The notes beneath the pieces were generated by a model. The model searched no databases and was not told the origin of the DNA. It saw only the letters and a list, made by a program, of their open reading frames with translations. Positions 11,012-20,835 of a stretch of DNA of 64,000 nt are shown here, piece by piece. The DNA is from Planctomycetota bacterium. Lineage in GTDB: Bacteria; Planctomycetota; B15-G4; JADJEK01. Where the stretch lies: positions 1,291-65,290 of the forward strand of contig JACQZJ010000076.1 in the NCBI GenBank assembly GCA_016213895.1, read 5' to 3'. Both the position numbers and the translations under genes were made by a program. Every line of letters begins with the position of its first letter. The stretch's first letter is position 1.

Positions 11012-12434
11012 GCGGATCGCGGGCGGCGAGCGTTCCTTCCTCGGCGTACTCCTCGAGCGTGTTCACCGACCACACGTCGTGCCGCGCTCCGTCGAGCGCG
11101 TTTCTCACCGAGAGCACGCCCGTCATCATCGCGTGGTCCTGGCTGTTGTAGTTGTGGAGCCCCTTGCGGCCCGCGGGGTAGGCGTTCGCGAGCGCGGCGC
11201 CGATCCAGCGCTTGAGGATCTCGCGGTTTCTCCGGTACGCCGCGTCGTAGACGGGATAGGCGTCGAGCGAGCGGTGCACTCGCCCGCCGGCGGCCGCCTT
11301 GGCGTGCGACAGGCCGAGGTGTTCCAGCTCTTGCCGGGCGAGGGCCAGGAGGGACGAATCGTCCAGACCGAAGAGGCCGTCGTCGCGCGCGCAGAAGTAC
11401 TCCATGCCGATCGCGGTGGTGCGGGAGTCGGGGCACATGTCCTCGCTCCAGTTCGCGTAGTTGGTGATGCGCGCGACGCGCACGTCCGGCGCGTGAACGT
11501 AGATCCACTGATCGGGGAAGAGGCTCTGCCGCTCGACGATGAGCACGGCCGTGATCAGGTCGCGGTGCCGGAGCGCCTCGCCCGCGGTCAGGACCTCGGG
11601 GGGCGGCGGCGGATCGAGGGCGCGAACGAGGTTCCGGAGCGTCATGGTCAGATAGAAGTGCGTGCCCGCGAAGGAGCGGCCGGAGGCGGACTCGACGCAC
11701 TCGACCCGGCCGGCCCGGTGGCGCACGCGGACCACGGGCTCGCCGGTCTCGATCCGGCCTCCCCGGCGCAGCACGTCGTCGAGCGCCGACTCCCAGAGCT
11801 GGCCCGCGCCGAGGCGCGGGTAGAGGAAGCGGTCCACCAGCGACCGAGCGCCTCGCCCGCGGAGAGGCCCCAGCACCGCCTTTCGCAGCATCTCGACGAG
11901 AGACAGGCCGCGGATGCGCTGCGCCGCCCAGTCCTTGTCGAGCTCCGCGCACGGGACGCCCCAGACCTTCTCGGTGTAGGTCCTGAAGAACGTCTCGTAC
12001 AGCTCCCGGCCGAAGCGGTTGACCACCCAGTCCTCGAACGACGCCTCCGGCCGCCGGGGCGAAAGCCGCGCGCCGAGGCAATCGCAGAGGGCGCGCGCCG
12101 CCCGCCGCGGGCCGATGCCGCGGAGCGTCTCGCCGAGCGACAGGGGATACGAGTAGAACTTCCCCTCGTAGAAGACGCGCGTGCGGCGCTTCACTTCCAT
12201 GAGCCCCTCGGGGAGCATCTCGCGCCACATCTCCTGGATCTCGTCGCTCTTGGTGTAGAAGCGGTGCGGGCCGAGGTCATAGCGGTGACCCTGCAGCTCC
12301 ATGGTCCGCGCCAGGCCGCCGGCCGCCCTCGGGTCCTGCTCGAGGAGCAGAACCTCCTTGTTCCTCCGCGCCAGCAGCCAGGCCGCGGTCAGGCCGGCCG
12401 GCCCCGCTCCGACAATGACGTGCCTCTCGCCCAC
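10977..12434 (-). CDS. FAD-dependent oxidoreductase (UDP-galactopyranose mutase / protoporphyrinogen oxidase-like)
   Basis: GTG start. Motifs GAGPAGL, DLGPHRF, YTEKVWG, WAAQRI and GRKGLHNYNSQDH. Confidence 0.85.
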   Translation of the reverse strand: MGERHVIVGAGPAGLTAAWLLARRNKEVLLLEQDPRAAGGLARTMELQGHRYDLGPHRFYTKSDEIQEMWREMLPEGLMEVKRRTRVFYEGKFYSYPLSLGETLRGIGPRRAARALCDCLGARLSPRRPEASFEDWVVNRFGRELYETFFRTYTEKVWGVPCAELDKDWAAQRIRGLSLVEMLRKAVLGPLRGRGARSLVDRFLYPRLGAGQLWESALDDVLRRGGRIETGEPVVRVRHRAGRVECVESASGRSFAGTHFYLTMTLRNLVRALDPPPPPEVLTAGEALRHRDLITAVLIVERQSLFPDQWIYVHAPDVRVARITNYANWSEDMCPDSRTTAIGMEYFCARDDGLFGLDDSSLLALARQELEHLGLSHAKAAAGGRVHRSLDAYPVYDAAYRRNREILKRWIGAALANAYPAGRKGLHNYNSQDHAMMTGVLSVRNALDGARHDVWSVNTLEEYAEEGTLAARDPLRAPRRGTPGN

Positions 12435-12731
12435 GCGGTCTCCGCGTCCTGCTGCCGGCCGCTCGCGGCCGCGACCCCTTCCCTCGACGACTTCGATCCA
12501 GCGCTTGATGCGACGGAGCGACTCTACCGGTGCGACCGTGCCGGGGACAAGTCCTGCCGCCGCGCCAGCCGGGAGCGGCGCCCATGCCGGCCTCCATACC
12601 TGGAAGGCAGCAGACGCAGCGCTTTCCCCTTGACTTGCCCGCGCTTCGATCGACACAATCGTGGCCGTAGTGAACGGGTCGCTCCAGGGGTTCGATGGGT
12701 CCGGGCATCGCCCGCCGGGAGAGGCGACAGG

Positions 12732-13448
12732 ATGAAGGAGCATCTCGCGTACGACTGGGACGCGGCCGGGGAGCCGGACGGCCTGTCCGTCGTGATCGCG
12801 GCCTTGGAGAGCCTCGAGAACGCCCCGGTCATCTCGCAGCGCGATGCCGTCGACCCGGATCGCGTGGCCGACGTGCTGCTGGACGTGGGGCACCGCTTCG
12901 ACGGCACTCGGCTGCTCTACCTGATGACCGCGCTGCAGCTCGATCGCTTCGACGACCTGGCGTGCGAGATGTGCGCGCGCGAGTACTTGCTGCTCGACGC
13001 CGAAGGGCTGGCCGAGGAAGCAGTGGTCGCGGTGTACACGGGCTGGGTGGACGGCACGCGGCGCCAGCCCTTCGGCGACTGGGCGCGGCGCATCGTGCGC
13101 CACGTGGTGCGGCGCGCCTGCGTGGACCCGAAGCTCGCGGTCTACTCTCCGCCGGGAGGGGACGCGGCCGAGCGGCTGGTCATGGAGATCCTGGCGGAGA
13201 AGGCGAACCGGCTGGACTTCGAGGTGCGGCGAGTCGTCTGGTTCTCGTGGGTGGAGCACATGCGCATCCCGGAGATCGCTCGGGTCACGGGCATGCCCTT
13301 CGAGCGCGTGGAGTGGGTCTTGGCCTCGGTGATGGAGGAGACGCAGAAGACGGTGAAGGACCTGCTCGAGGGCAAGTTGCGGCGAGAAAGCGAGGCCCCG
13401 GGGGACGACTGGAGCATTGAGGAGAAGGAGGGCGGCCATGGAGCCTGA
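12732..13448 (+). CDS. Highly divergent ECF-type sigma-70-like protein
   Basis: Region-2-like DAEGLAEEAVVAVY...FGDWARRIVRH and region-4 HTH-like RRVVWFSWVEHMRIPEIARVTGMPFERV. Confidence 0.6.
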   Translation: MKEHLAYDWDAAGEPDGLSVVIAALESLENAPVISQRDAVDPDRVADVLLDVGHRFDGTRLLYLMTALQLDRFDDLACEMCAREYLLLDAEGLAEEAVVAVYTGWVDGTRRQPFGDWARRIVRHVVRRACVDPKLAVYSPPGGDAAERLVMEILAEKANRLDFEVRRVVWFSWVEHMRIPEIARVTGMPFERVEWVLASVMEETQKTVKDLLEGKLRRESEAPGDDWSIEEKEGGHGA

Positions 13449-14454
13449 ACCCGTTCCCGTTGCCGCGCGCGACCTGATCTGGCATCTGCCCGAGCTGCTG
13501 GAGGGCACGGACCCGGTCCTGGCGCGGCCGCAGGTGCGCGAGTACTTGAAGACCGATCCGGCGGCGGGCGCGTCCATCGAGGCCGTCGCGTTGCTGGCTC
13601 AGGCCATGAGCCGCGGCGCGCAGCGCGTTCGCTCCCTGCCGCGGGCGACCCTGCGGCCGCTCACGCGGCCCGTCGAGAAGGCGCGCCGTTTTTTCAAGAA
13701 GGAGCTGGTGGACCTGCTCTTCGACGCGGGGCTGGCGGAGTTCGACGAGGCCACCAAGGCGACGGGGCTGGCGTTCGACTCGCACCTCGCGAGCAGGTCC
13801 CCACGCTGCGCTGAGGGACTCTCTCGGCCCATCGACGATCTGGCGCGCAGTCTGGAGCTGGACCCTCGGAGCTTCCTGCCCGCGGAGGTCCTTGCCATCC
13901 TCGGGAGCGAACGCTGCTCGCACGTGGGTCGACCTTCTCTGGCGCGCGCGGAGCGCCTCATGCGAGCATGCGACGCCACGCTCCCAGGCCTGGACGGAGT
14001 TCGTTTCTACCTCGTTCTTGTCCCCCAGCTCCAGGGGACCCCGTCCGACGTATCGGTCTGGCTGGACTACGCGGCATCCTCCCGCACCATGTTCACGACA
14101 CATGCCGGGCTCGCCCAGGCGGCGCACGCGGCTGTTGTCGCGGGGCGTCCGGATCAGGCCGTGGACCTGAGTCAGCGCGCCCAGCGTCTGTCACCCGGAT
14201 CCATCTTGGTTCCGTACTTCGTGGCGCTTTACGGAGCGCTCGCCGGCCAGTTGGACGCGCTTCCCTCGCGGGTGGCTGAGTGGTCCAGTTCGATCGGCTC
14301 GTCGCGAGCGGTAGTGGATTTGGCCGCGACGCAGGTGCGCTCCGATGCGGCTCTCTGGCTCAGAGTGCGCGACTTGCATAGCGACGCTCTGTTACGCATG
14401 GCCGCACGTCTGCCCGCGGCGCTCGCCATGGCATTCGACAAGGTGATGCGATGA
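13438..14454 (+). CDS. Hypothetical soluble helical protein; possible anti-sigma N-terminus and TPR-like C-terminus
   Basis: RBS aaggagg; overlaps the sigma-like gene. N-terminal LPELLEG...VREYL; C-terminal GRPDQAVDLSQRAQRLSP. Confidence 0.55.
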   Translation: MEPEPVPVAARDLIWHLPELLEGTDPVLARPQVREYLKTDPAAGASIEAVALLAQAMSRGAQRVRSLPRATLRPLTRPVEKARRFFKKELVDLLFDAGLAEFDEATKATGLAFDSHLASRSPRCAEGLSRPIDDLARSLELDPRSFLPAEVLAILGSERCSHVGRPSLARAERLMRACDATLPGLDGVRFYLVLVPQLQGTPSDVSVWLDYAASSRTMFTTHAGLAQAAHAAVVAGRPDQAVDLSQRAQRLSPGSILVPYFVALYGALAGQLDALPSRVAEWSSSIGSSRAVVDLAATQVRSDAALWLRVRDLHSDALLRMAARLPAALAMAFDKVMR

Positions 14455-14639
14455 AGACCCGACGCTTGCTCGTGGCACTGTGCCTTCTCCTCGCCAGTGA
14501 TCCCGGCCTTGCCGGTCCACGGGAGCCCGTCGTCGCGGGTCGCGTGGCGACAGTCACGGGGGGTGGGCCTAATCCTACTAGTCCAGGCGGCGGTGCCAGG
14601 CCGAGGAGCAAGGACGCGCCCATGCCGCGGCAGCCGTAG
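14451..14639 (+). CDS. Small secreted peptide (62 aa)
   Basis: ATGA overlap with the upstream stop. Signal-peptide-like MKTRRLLVALCLLLA followed by a Gly/Pro-rich tail. Confidence 0.55.
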   Translation: MKTRRLLVALCLLLASDPGLAGPREPVVAGRVATVTGGGPNPTSPGGGARPRSKDAPMPRQP

Positions 14640-14648
14640 GATCCGGCT

Positions 14649-17600
14649 GTGAGGCCTCGCTCGCGCCTCGCGGGGATCGTTGCGTTGGGTCTGGCCGGGA
14701 TAGCGGCCGCCGTGCTTCTGCTGCTGCGCGGGGGCCCAGGCGACCCCGAGCCCGTGTCCGAGAGCACGCCCGGCGTGGGGGCGGACGTGTCACTGGACGA
14801 GGGCCAGGAGCCGGATGTCGCGGCGCCGGAGGCAGAAGAGAGCCCGGCTCGCGAGGCCGTGCGCCAGGTGCGCGAGATGTGCTTCTTGCTTGGCGGGGAG
14901 CCCGCGGCCGCGACCGAGGTCTTCCTGCTGCCTTGGAGCGAGGAGATTCAGCGCGAGGCCGCATCGCAGGTCGGGCTGCGCAAGGACGTCATCGCGGCCG
15001 AGGCAGCGCGCCACGTGTCGGACGCCTCGGGCAGGCTCGCGGTGGAGCTGCCCGTGCCCCCGTTCTTCGTCGCCGCGCGCGCGCCAGGGTCCGCGCCGTT
15101 CGGCCGCCGCTTCGACTCATGGCCCGAGTCGATCACGCTCGATCTGCCCCTGGAGGAGCGCCTGCGCGGCATCGTCGTGAACACCCTGGGCGGCCCGACG
15201 GCGGGCGCGGTCGTTCTGGCGTACCGTGCCTTCCGCGACGAGTCCAACTTCGACGGCGTGACGGATGACGAGCAGCGCTTCGCCGGCATGTTCTTCGAGA
15301 GCCGGGTGGCAGTGGGCCTGGACGGCCGCTTCGACCTCGGGGGGCTGCCCGCGGCGCGGATCTACGCCATCGCCTACGCTCAGGGCCTGGCGTCCGATCG
15401 CCGTGCCGACTTCGTCTTGCCTTCCGGCGACCTCTGCGAGCTGCTGCTCCGGCCCGCGGTCACGGTGCGGGGCCGGGTGATCGCCGCCGAGTCCGAGCTT
15501 CCCATTGCTGGCGCGCAGGTGTCCCTCTACCAGCGCAACGGGCCCGTGGGCATCTTCGAACAGGAGATCACGGTCACGGACCGCGCGGGGCTGTTCGAGC
15601 TGCGCGCTGCCTACGTGGGGACGGAGCCCCTGAGCTTCCGCGTGGTGAAGCAGGGCTACGCCGCACTCATGGAGCGGGTCGAACGTTCGGCACTCGCTCG
15701 AGGCGAGGGGCTGGTGCTGCGGCTGCTCACCGCGCACCCGGTCGAAGGAACCGTCCGCTCGCAGGCCGGCGAGCCGCTCCCGGACGTGTGGGTCCAGGTC
15801 CACGAGGACGTGACGCTCGATCTCATCCACTTCACGAAGTCGGGCGAGGGCGGGCGCTTCCTGCTCGACTTCGTGGCGCCGGGACGGACCTACACGCTGA
15901 TCGGTTCGGGATACGGCTACTACGTGGAAACGTACGAACGCCTGGACTTGTGCGCGCAGGAGAACCTGGAGATCGTGCTCATGCCGCAGCCGGCGCTGCG
16001 CGGCCGCGCGGTGGTTCCTGATTACCCGCTGAGGAACGGACGGGCGCGTCTCGTCCAGGAGGACGAAGCCGGCAACCGTCTCGAGGTCAAGACGGCGGAC
16101 ATCGACGCGGACACCGGGGAGTTCGAGTTCAAGGACCTGGTCACGATGAACTACCTGCTGGACGTGGCGGCGGAAGGGTATGCCCCGGCGCGCGTCGGCC
16201 GGGTCGGGATCCTCGACCCTCCGGAGAAGAACGAAGTCGAAATCGCGCTGCAGCGCGGCGCCACGCTGCGCGGCCGCGTGTTCGATCGGGGCACGGGCAA
16301 GGCGGTGATCGGCGCCGCGATCGCGCTCGCCGACGTGAATCTCGGAGGCCACGCCCTCGGCGCCCTGCCTCTGGCCGCGGAGAGCACCACGGACGGCGAG
16401 GGGAACTACGTCCTGGAGCACGTGCCGACGGGAGCGCCGCTCCAGGTGACCGTGGATCATCCGGACTACGCCCTGGAACATCCGGATCTCCTGGTCGATC
16501 AGGGTGGCCTGTTCGCCCGTCTGGACGTTGGCCTGCGTCGCGGCGCAACGGTCACGATGACCATCGCCGACGAGCAGGGAGAGCGTTTCTCCGTGCTGGA
16601 AGGCGCGGCCTACAGCCCGGACGGTGCCGCGCGCTACGGCAGAGAGAGCGGTGGGGTGCTCCGCTTCGAGCGTCTACCTCCGGGCAAGACGATTGTGGAC
16701 GCGGGGATTCCGCCGCAAGTGCGCGAGGATCTCCGGCATCGCCACTTCGTTCGCGAGATGGTGCTCGCGGAGGGAGAGGAGCGGGCCGTCGCGTTTTCCC
16801 TCGCGGGCGGAGCGAGGATTCACGGCGTGGCCGGCGGTCCTGGGCTGTGCAACAGGTTCCGTCGGATCAGCATCGCCTCGCGGCCCGTCGAGGGATCTGA
16901 CACGGCGTTCGACCTCTGGACCGAGCCGGATGAGAAGGGCCGCTACGTGCTTCCCGGCGTGCCCCCGGGCCGGCGCTCCGTGTGGGTCGAGCCCGACGAC
17001 GTGGGCAGCGGCTTCAAGATCTCCAAGGTCGTGGACGTGACTCCGGGCGCGGACATCGAGCTGGACTTCTACCTCCCGCTCTCCGGCATCGAGGGCGCGG
17101 TGACGCGAGCGGATGGATCGACGATCGTGGGCGCGCTCGTCGAGGTGCGGCCGTGGGACCAGGCGAAGGGCGCGCCGGCGGAGAGCGCGGACTTCGAGCG
17201 CCAGGAGGCGAAGTCGACCCAGGAGGGCAGGTACTTCCTCGCGGGAGTGAAGCAGGGCACGTATGGCCTTGCGGCCGAAGCGGAGGGCTTCGGCCGCGTG
17301 GAGGACGTGGTCACCGTGCCCGATGAGGAGACGGTCCTCCGCCGCGACGTGGTGCTCGAGCCCGAGGCTCTGCTCGAGGTTCTGGCGACCGACCGGGGCG
17401 GTGCGCCGCTGGCTGAGGTCGAGTGCTCGGCGCGGCGCGCCGGCGGGTCTTGGTCGGCCGCTCTCCCGGTGCGCAAGGAGTGGCTGCCCGAGCGCCGCGT
17501 GTTCTTCGGCGCGGCGAGCGGCGAGTACCTGGTGCGCGCGGCGGCCGAGGGCTTCTTCCCGGCCGAGGTCCAGGCGTCTTGCCGCTCCGGGCAGACCACG

Positions 17601-17909
17601 AACCTGACGATCGCGCTGCGCCGCCGGGGCGTGCTGCGCGTGAAGGTCATCACCGCGGCGGGCGCACCGGCACGATCCATGCCGCTCGAGGTCATCGACG
17701 TCGAGACCGGGACCTCCGCCGGCGCGTGGCTCGCCGCGGGTCTGGTGACGAGCACGCCGTCCTCGGCCGTTACGGACGAGAAGGGGGAGCTGCGTCTGGA
17801 CGGCCTGCCGGAGGGGCAGTTCCGCGTGAGCGGGCTGGGCGTGACCGTGACCGCGCGCGTGGCCGCGGGCGAGGAGGCCGGCCAGGTGACGCTGATGCTG
17901 CCGCAGTGA
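14649..17909 (+). CDS. Large membrane-anchored protein with repeated carboxypeptidase-regulatory-like beta-sandwich domains
   Basis: N-terminal TM helix; repeated G.V.....G.P..GA.V / TD..G.F / V.AEGYAP units. Confidence 0.85.
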   Translation: MRPRSRLAGIVALGLAGIAAAVLLLLRGGPGDPEPVSESTPGVGADVSLDEGQEPDVAAPEAEESPAREAVRQVREMCFLLGGEPAAATEVFLLPWSEEIQREAASQVGLRKDVIAAEAARHVSDASGRLAVELPVPPFFVAARAPGSAPFGRRFDSWPESITLDLPLEERLRGIVVNTLGGPTAGAVVLAYRAFRDESNFDGVTDDEQRFAGMFFESRVAVGLDGRFDLGGLPAARIYAIAYAQGLASDRRADFVLPSGDLCELLLRPAVTVRGRVIAAESELPIAGAQVSLYQRNGPVGIFEQEITVTDRAGLFELRAAYVGTEPLSFRVVKQGYAALMERVERSALARGEGLVLRLLTAHPVEGTVRSQAGEPLPDVWVQVHEDVTLDLIHFTKSGEGGRFLLDFVAPGRTYTLIGSGYGYYVETYERLDLCAQENLEIVLMPQPALRGRAVVPDYPLRNGRARLVQEDEAGNRLEVKTADIDADTGEFEFKDLVTMNYLLDVAAEGYAPARVGRVGILDPPEKNEVEIALQRGATLRGRVFDRGTGKAVIGAAIALADVNLGGHALGALPLAAESTTDGEGNYVLEHVPTGAPLQVTVDHPDYALEHPDLLVDQGGLFARLDVGLRRGATVTMTIADEQGERFSVLEGAAYSPDGAARYGRESGGVLRFERLPPGKTIVDAGIPPQVREDLRHRHFVREMVLAEGEERAVAFSLAGGARIHGVAGGPGLCNRFRRISIASRPVEGSDTAFDLWTEPDEKGRYVLPGVPPGRRSVWVEPDDVGSGFKISKVVDVTPGADIELDFYLPLSGIEGAVTRADGSTIVGALVEVRPWDQAKGAPAESADFERQEAKSTQEGRYFLAGVKQGTYGLAAEAEGFGRVEDVVTVPDEETVLRRDVVLEPEALLEVLATDRGGAPLAEVECSARRAGGSWSAALPVRKEWLPERRVFFGAASGEYLVRAAAEGFFPAEVQASCRSGQTTNLTIALRRRGVLRVKVITAAGAPARSMPLEVIDVETGTSAGAWLAAGLVTSTPSSAVTDEKGELRLDGLPEGQFRVSGLGVTVTARVAAGEEAGQVTLMLPQ

Positions 17910-17934
17910 CGGCCCGCGCGCGGCCGGCGACTTG

Positions 17935-19776
17935 CTACTTCCCGGCCGGCTCGCCCAGGAGCGTGCGGATCTCGGCGATGCGCTTCAGGAACTCCTGCGC
18001 CTGTGCGCTGTCCGGGTTGGCCTCGGCCAGCTTGAGGAACGCGCTCTCGGCGCCGTCGAGATCGCCGGAGAAGAACGAGACGTAGCCGAGCAGGAAGCGG
18101 GCGTCGGCGTCGGTGGGGTTCGCGTCCGTAAACACGCGGAGAGCGATGGTGTGCTCGGCCAGGTCATCCGGCCGGCCGTAGAGTTCATGCAGGGACGCGC
18201 CCGCCGCCGGCCACTCGGGCATGACCTCCATGCCGCGGCGGATGAAGAAGGCCGCATACTGGTACTCGCCCAGGGCGAAGAGCGCGTGCGCCAGCGCGAA
18301 CTTGGGGATGGCGTTGTGCGCCTCGGCGAGCATGGCTCGCCGGAACAGGTCGGCCGCGCCGCGGTAGTCGCCCGACTTGAACTTGGCCGCGCCTTGTTCC
18401 AGGCAGGCCACGGCGTTCTCGTCTTCGCCCAGCTCGCGCAGCTCCTCCCCGAGGCGTGCGGGGATTTCCGGCTCCGCCGCGGGCTCGGGAGCTGCCGCGG
18501 GCTCGGCATAGGTCGGGTAGTAGACCACGGTCTCGGAGTAAGACGGAACCGCGACCGGCTGGTAGCTCACGTACGCCGGATAGGCGTAGTGGTTCCAGAT
18601 CGGGTAGTAGCCGAACCAGAAGTGCCACCAGAAGTAGTCGTGGAAGTAGTGGTGGTGGCCGTGGAACAGGTAGTGGTGGTGGTAGTAGGGGTAGTGCCAG
18701 AAGCAGTCGAAGACGCCGCCGACCAGGCCCCAGGCCAGGTAGTCCTCCCAGTCCCAGTCGTCGTAGTCCACGTCCACGTCGACGTCCACGTCGACGTCGC
18801 CGTCATCCACGTCGACATCGACGTCCACGTCCACGTCCTGCGGAACGGCGTCGATGTCCTCCTTGAGGCGGGCGTTCGTGTCCGGCCCGTCCGCGAGCTG
18901 GCCGCGGATCTGGTCGCGCAGCGCGTCGTTCCGGTGCAACCTCGCGCTGGTCGCGTTCCGGCCGGTGTTCAGGGAGACCGGCGATGCCGCCCGGGCAATC
19001 GTCGCGTCCCGGCCGCCGAGGGTCGTGGCGCTGCCGGCCGAGCGGAAGGCCGAGGGCTCCATGCGCGTGCCCAGGCCCGACGAGGTGATGGTGCGCGGGG
19101 TCGAGGAGCGCGAACGCGTGAACGAGTCGACGCTCATGGAGCGGCCGAGGTGGCTCGGCGAAATCGTGTCGGTCGAGGAGAAGCCCGAGCGCGTGCCTCT
19201 CACGAGCGTGCCGGAAGAGCGCAGCCCGTCCGAAGAGGAGCGCGTGAAGGTCCTGGTCGAGGAGCGGGGCGCGCTGGTCAGAGAGCCGCTGCTCCGGTCG
19301 CGGAACACCCTGTTCGAGCGGAAGGACGGTGTGCTGTCGCTGCCGAACGAGCGGCTGCTCGAACCGAAGGACCGGCTGCTGCCGCCGAACGAACGGGTGC
19401 TGCCACCGAAGGACCGGCTGCTGCCGCCGAATGAGCGGGTGCTGCCGCCGAAGGACCGGCTGCCGCCGCCGAACGAACGGTTGCTGCCGCCGAAGGACCG
19501 GCTGCTCGAGCCGAACGAGCGGCTGCTGCCTCCGAAGGAGCGGCTGCTCGACCCAAAGGACCTGCTGCTGCCGCCAAACGATCGGCTGCCGCCGCCGAAG
19601 GACCGGCTGCTCGACCCGAACGACCGGCTGCCGGAGGAGACCCCGCCGCCGCCCGAGCGGCCGCCGCGCGAGCCCGCGTCGAGCAGCGTGACCGGAACCG
19701 CCACGGCGCCGACGAGCAGCACTGCCAGCAGAGTTCCCCTGCGGCCAGGAAGGATGGAACGTGCGATCATGCGCAT
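17935..19776 (-). CDS. Secreted low-complexity protein (SRSFGGS repeats, DV repeats, His/Tyr/Trp-rich segment) with C-terminal TPR domain
   Basis: RBS GAGGAGG at 19783-19789, signal peptide, and TPR-like helices (FKSGDYRGAADLFRRA, ARFLLGY). Confidence 0.8.
   Translation of the reverse strand: MRMIARSILPGRRGTLLAVLLVGAVAVPVTLLDAGSRGGRSGGGGVSSGSRSFGSSSRSFGGGSRSFGGSSRSFGSSSRSFGGSSRSFGSSSRSFGGSNRSFGGGSRSFGGSTRSFGGSSRSFGGSTRSFGGSSRSFGSSSRSFGSDSTPSFRSNRVFRDRSSGSLTSAPRSSTRTFTRSSSDGLRSSGTLVRGTRSGFSSTDTISPSHLGRSMSVDSFTRSRSSTPRTITSSGLGTRMEPSAFRSAGSATTLGGRDATIARAASPVSLNTGRNATSARLHRNDALRDQIRGQLADGPDTNARLKEDIDAVPQDVDVDVDVDVDDGDVDVDVDVDVDYDDWDWEDYLAWGLVGGVFDCFWHYPYYHHHYLFHGHHHYFHDYFWWHFWFGYYPIWNHYAYPAYVSYQPVAVPSYSETVVYYPTYAEPAAAPEPAAEPEIPARLGEELRELGEDENAVACLEQGAAKFKSGDYRGAADLFRRAMLAEAHNAIPKFALAHALFALGEYQYAAFFIRRGMEVMPEWPAAGASLHELYGRPDDLAEHTIALRVFTDANPTDADARFLLGYVSFFSGDLDGAESAFLKLAEANPDSAQAQEFLKRIAEIRTLLGEPAGK
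19336..19629 (-). repeat. 14 tandem 21-bp coding repeats, (S/T/N)RSFG(G/S)(S/G/D)
   Basis: Counted directly in the translation. Confidence 0.9.
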
Positions 19777-19978
19777 GGGGGGCCTCCTCGTCACGGACGG
19801 GTGACGGCCACGCCAGACCAGCGGAGAGGTGCATTCTAGCCCAAGGACAGCGGGGTGCGCCAGCGGCGCAGCGATCACGCGGCCAGCCGCGCAGACCCCG
19901 GCGCGGATGAACCCGGCGTGGGGAGAAGTCCTCACCGCTTGCCCGTTCAACGACCCGCCGGTGCGGACGGCCGCGGCG

Positions 19979-20476
19979 TCAGGTCTCGCCCACCTCCCTG
20001 CACGCGAAGTCGATGAGCCAGTCGGCGATGTAGTAGCCGCTTTCTCGGATGGCCCGGAGCAGGGGCCCGACTGCTGACACGAGCTCGTGCCTGCGGGCTG
20101 AGACCACCGTACCGACCACGCCCCGGACGCGCAGACCATACGCGAGGACCGCCACCCGTCGCGCCCTCAGGTCGTCGATCAGGAGCAGGCTGGCGCCCCG
20201 CCGGGAGGCGAGGGTGATGGCTTCGGCCTCTCCAGCACCGAAATCCTCGGAGAGGAGCGAATCCGGGGGCCGTTCCAGCTGAACGCGCTCGACCCAGTCC
20301 GCGGCCCTCAGCTCCCTCGATCCCGGGAGGCTCTCACCCTGGATGACGGTTTCGCGCCAGACGGCATCGGGAACCAGGAGTCTGCCGTACAACTTCGCAA
20401 GGAGATCCAGTCGCCCAACAACCGCGAGAGCGATGATGGGCCCGGTGTTGGACACGACGGGCCCGCGCTCAGTCAT
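19979..20476 (-). CDS. DUF3368 PIN-like putative toxin
   Basis: Motifs VVSNTGPIIAL, GEAEAITLA and LLIDD..ARR. Confidence 0.85.
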   Translation of the reverse strand: MTERGPVVSNTGPIIALAVVGRLDLLAKLYGRLLVPDAVWRETVIQGESLPGSRELRAADWVERVQLERPPDSLLSEDFGAGEAEAITLASRRGASLLLIDDLRARRVAVLAYGLRVRGVVGTVVSARRHELVSAVGPLLRAIRESGYYIADWLIDFACREVGET

Positions 20477-20720
20477 CAGCGCACTCCCGCGCGGCCTCGT
20501 CGCGGTCGATGTTGACCACGGAAACGCCCATCCGGCTCGCTCGTCCCAGGAAGTCGACCCGGCTGATCCCGCAGAGCACGGCGGCCTTTCCCGACGAGAC
20601 CCTGCCCAGTTCGAAGAGTTTCAGAGCGAGCAGGAACTTCGCCTCCCGCACGAACTCGTCCCGGGAAAGTCCGGTGGAGAGCAGCACGCTCTCCGGCAAC
20701 TCGATCGTGAGCGGCGGCAT
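20469..20720 (-). CDS. UPF0175 family putative antitoxin
   Basis: LALKLFELGRVSSGKAAVLCGISRVDFL; overlaps the toxin start. Confidence 0.85.
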   Translation of the reverse strand: MPPLTIELPESVLLSTGLSRDEFVREAKFLLALKLFELGRVSSGKAAVLCGISRVDFLGRASRMGVSVVNIDRDEAARECADD

Positions 20721-20835
20721 GACCTGATCACCTCTCGCGCAGGGAACTCGACAGAAGCGGACTTCATGTTACACGAGGCTGCGGCAACCGAACACCCATC
20801 GTCCCGGCCTGGGGCGCGGCCGGCTCCCCTCCCCC

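Noticed and set aside
18854..19804. Plus-strand ORF with LLPPKDR/LLPPNER repeats
   Set aside because: Antisense mirror of the SRSFGGS repeats; the minus-strand gene has the RBS, signal peptide and TPR domain.
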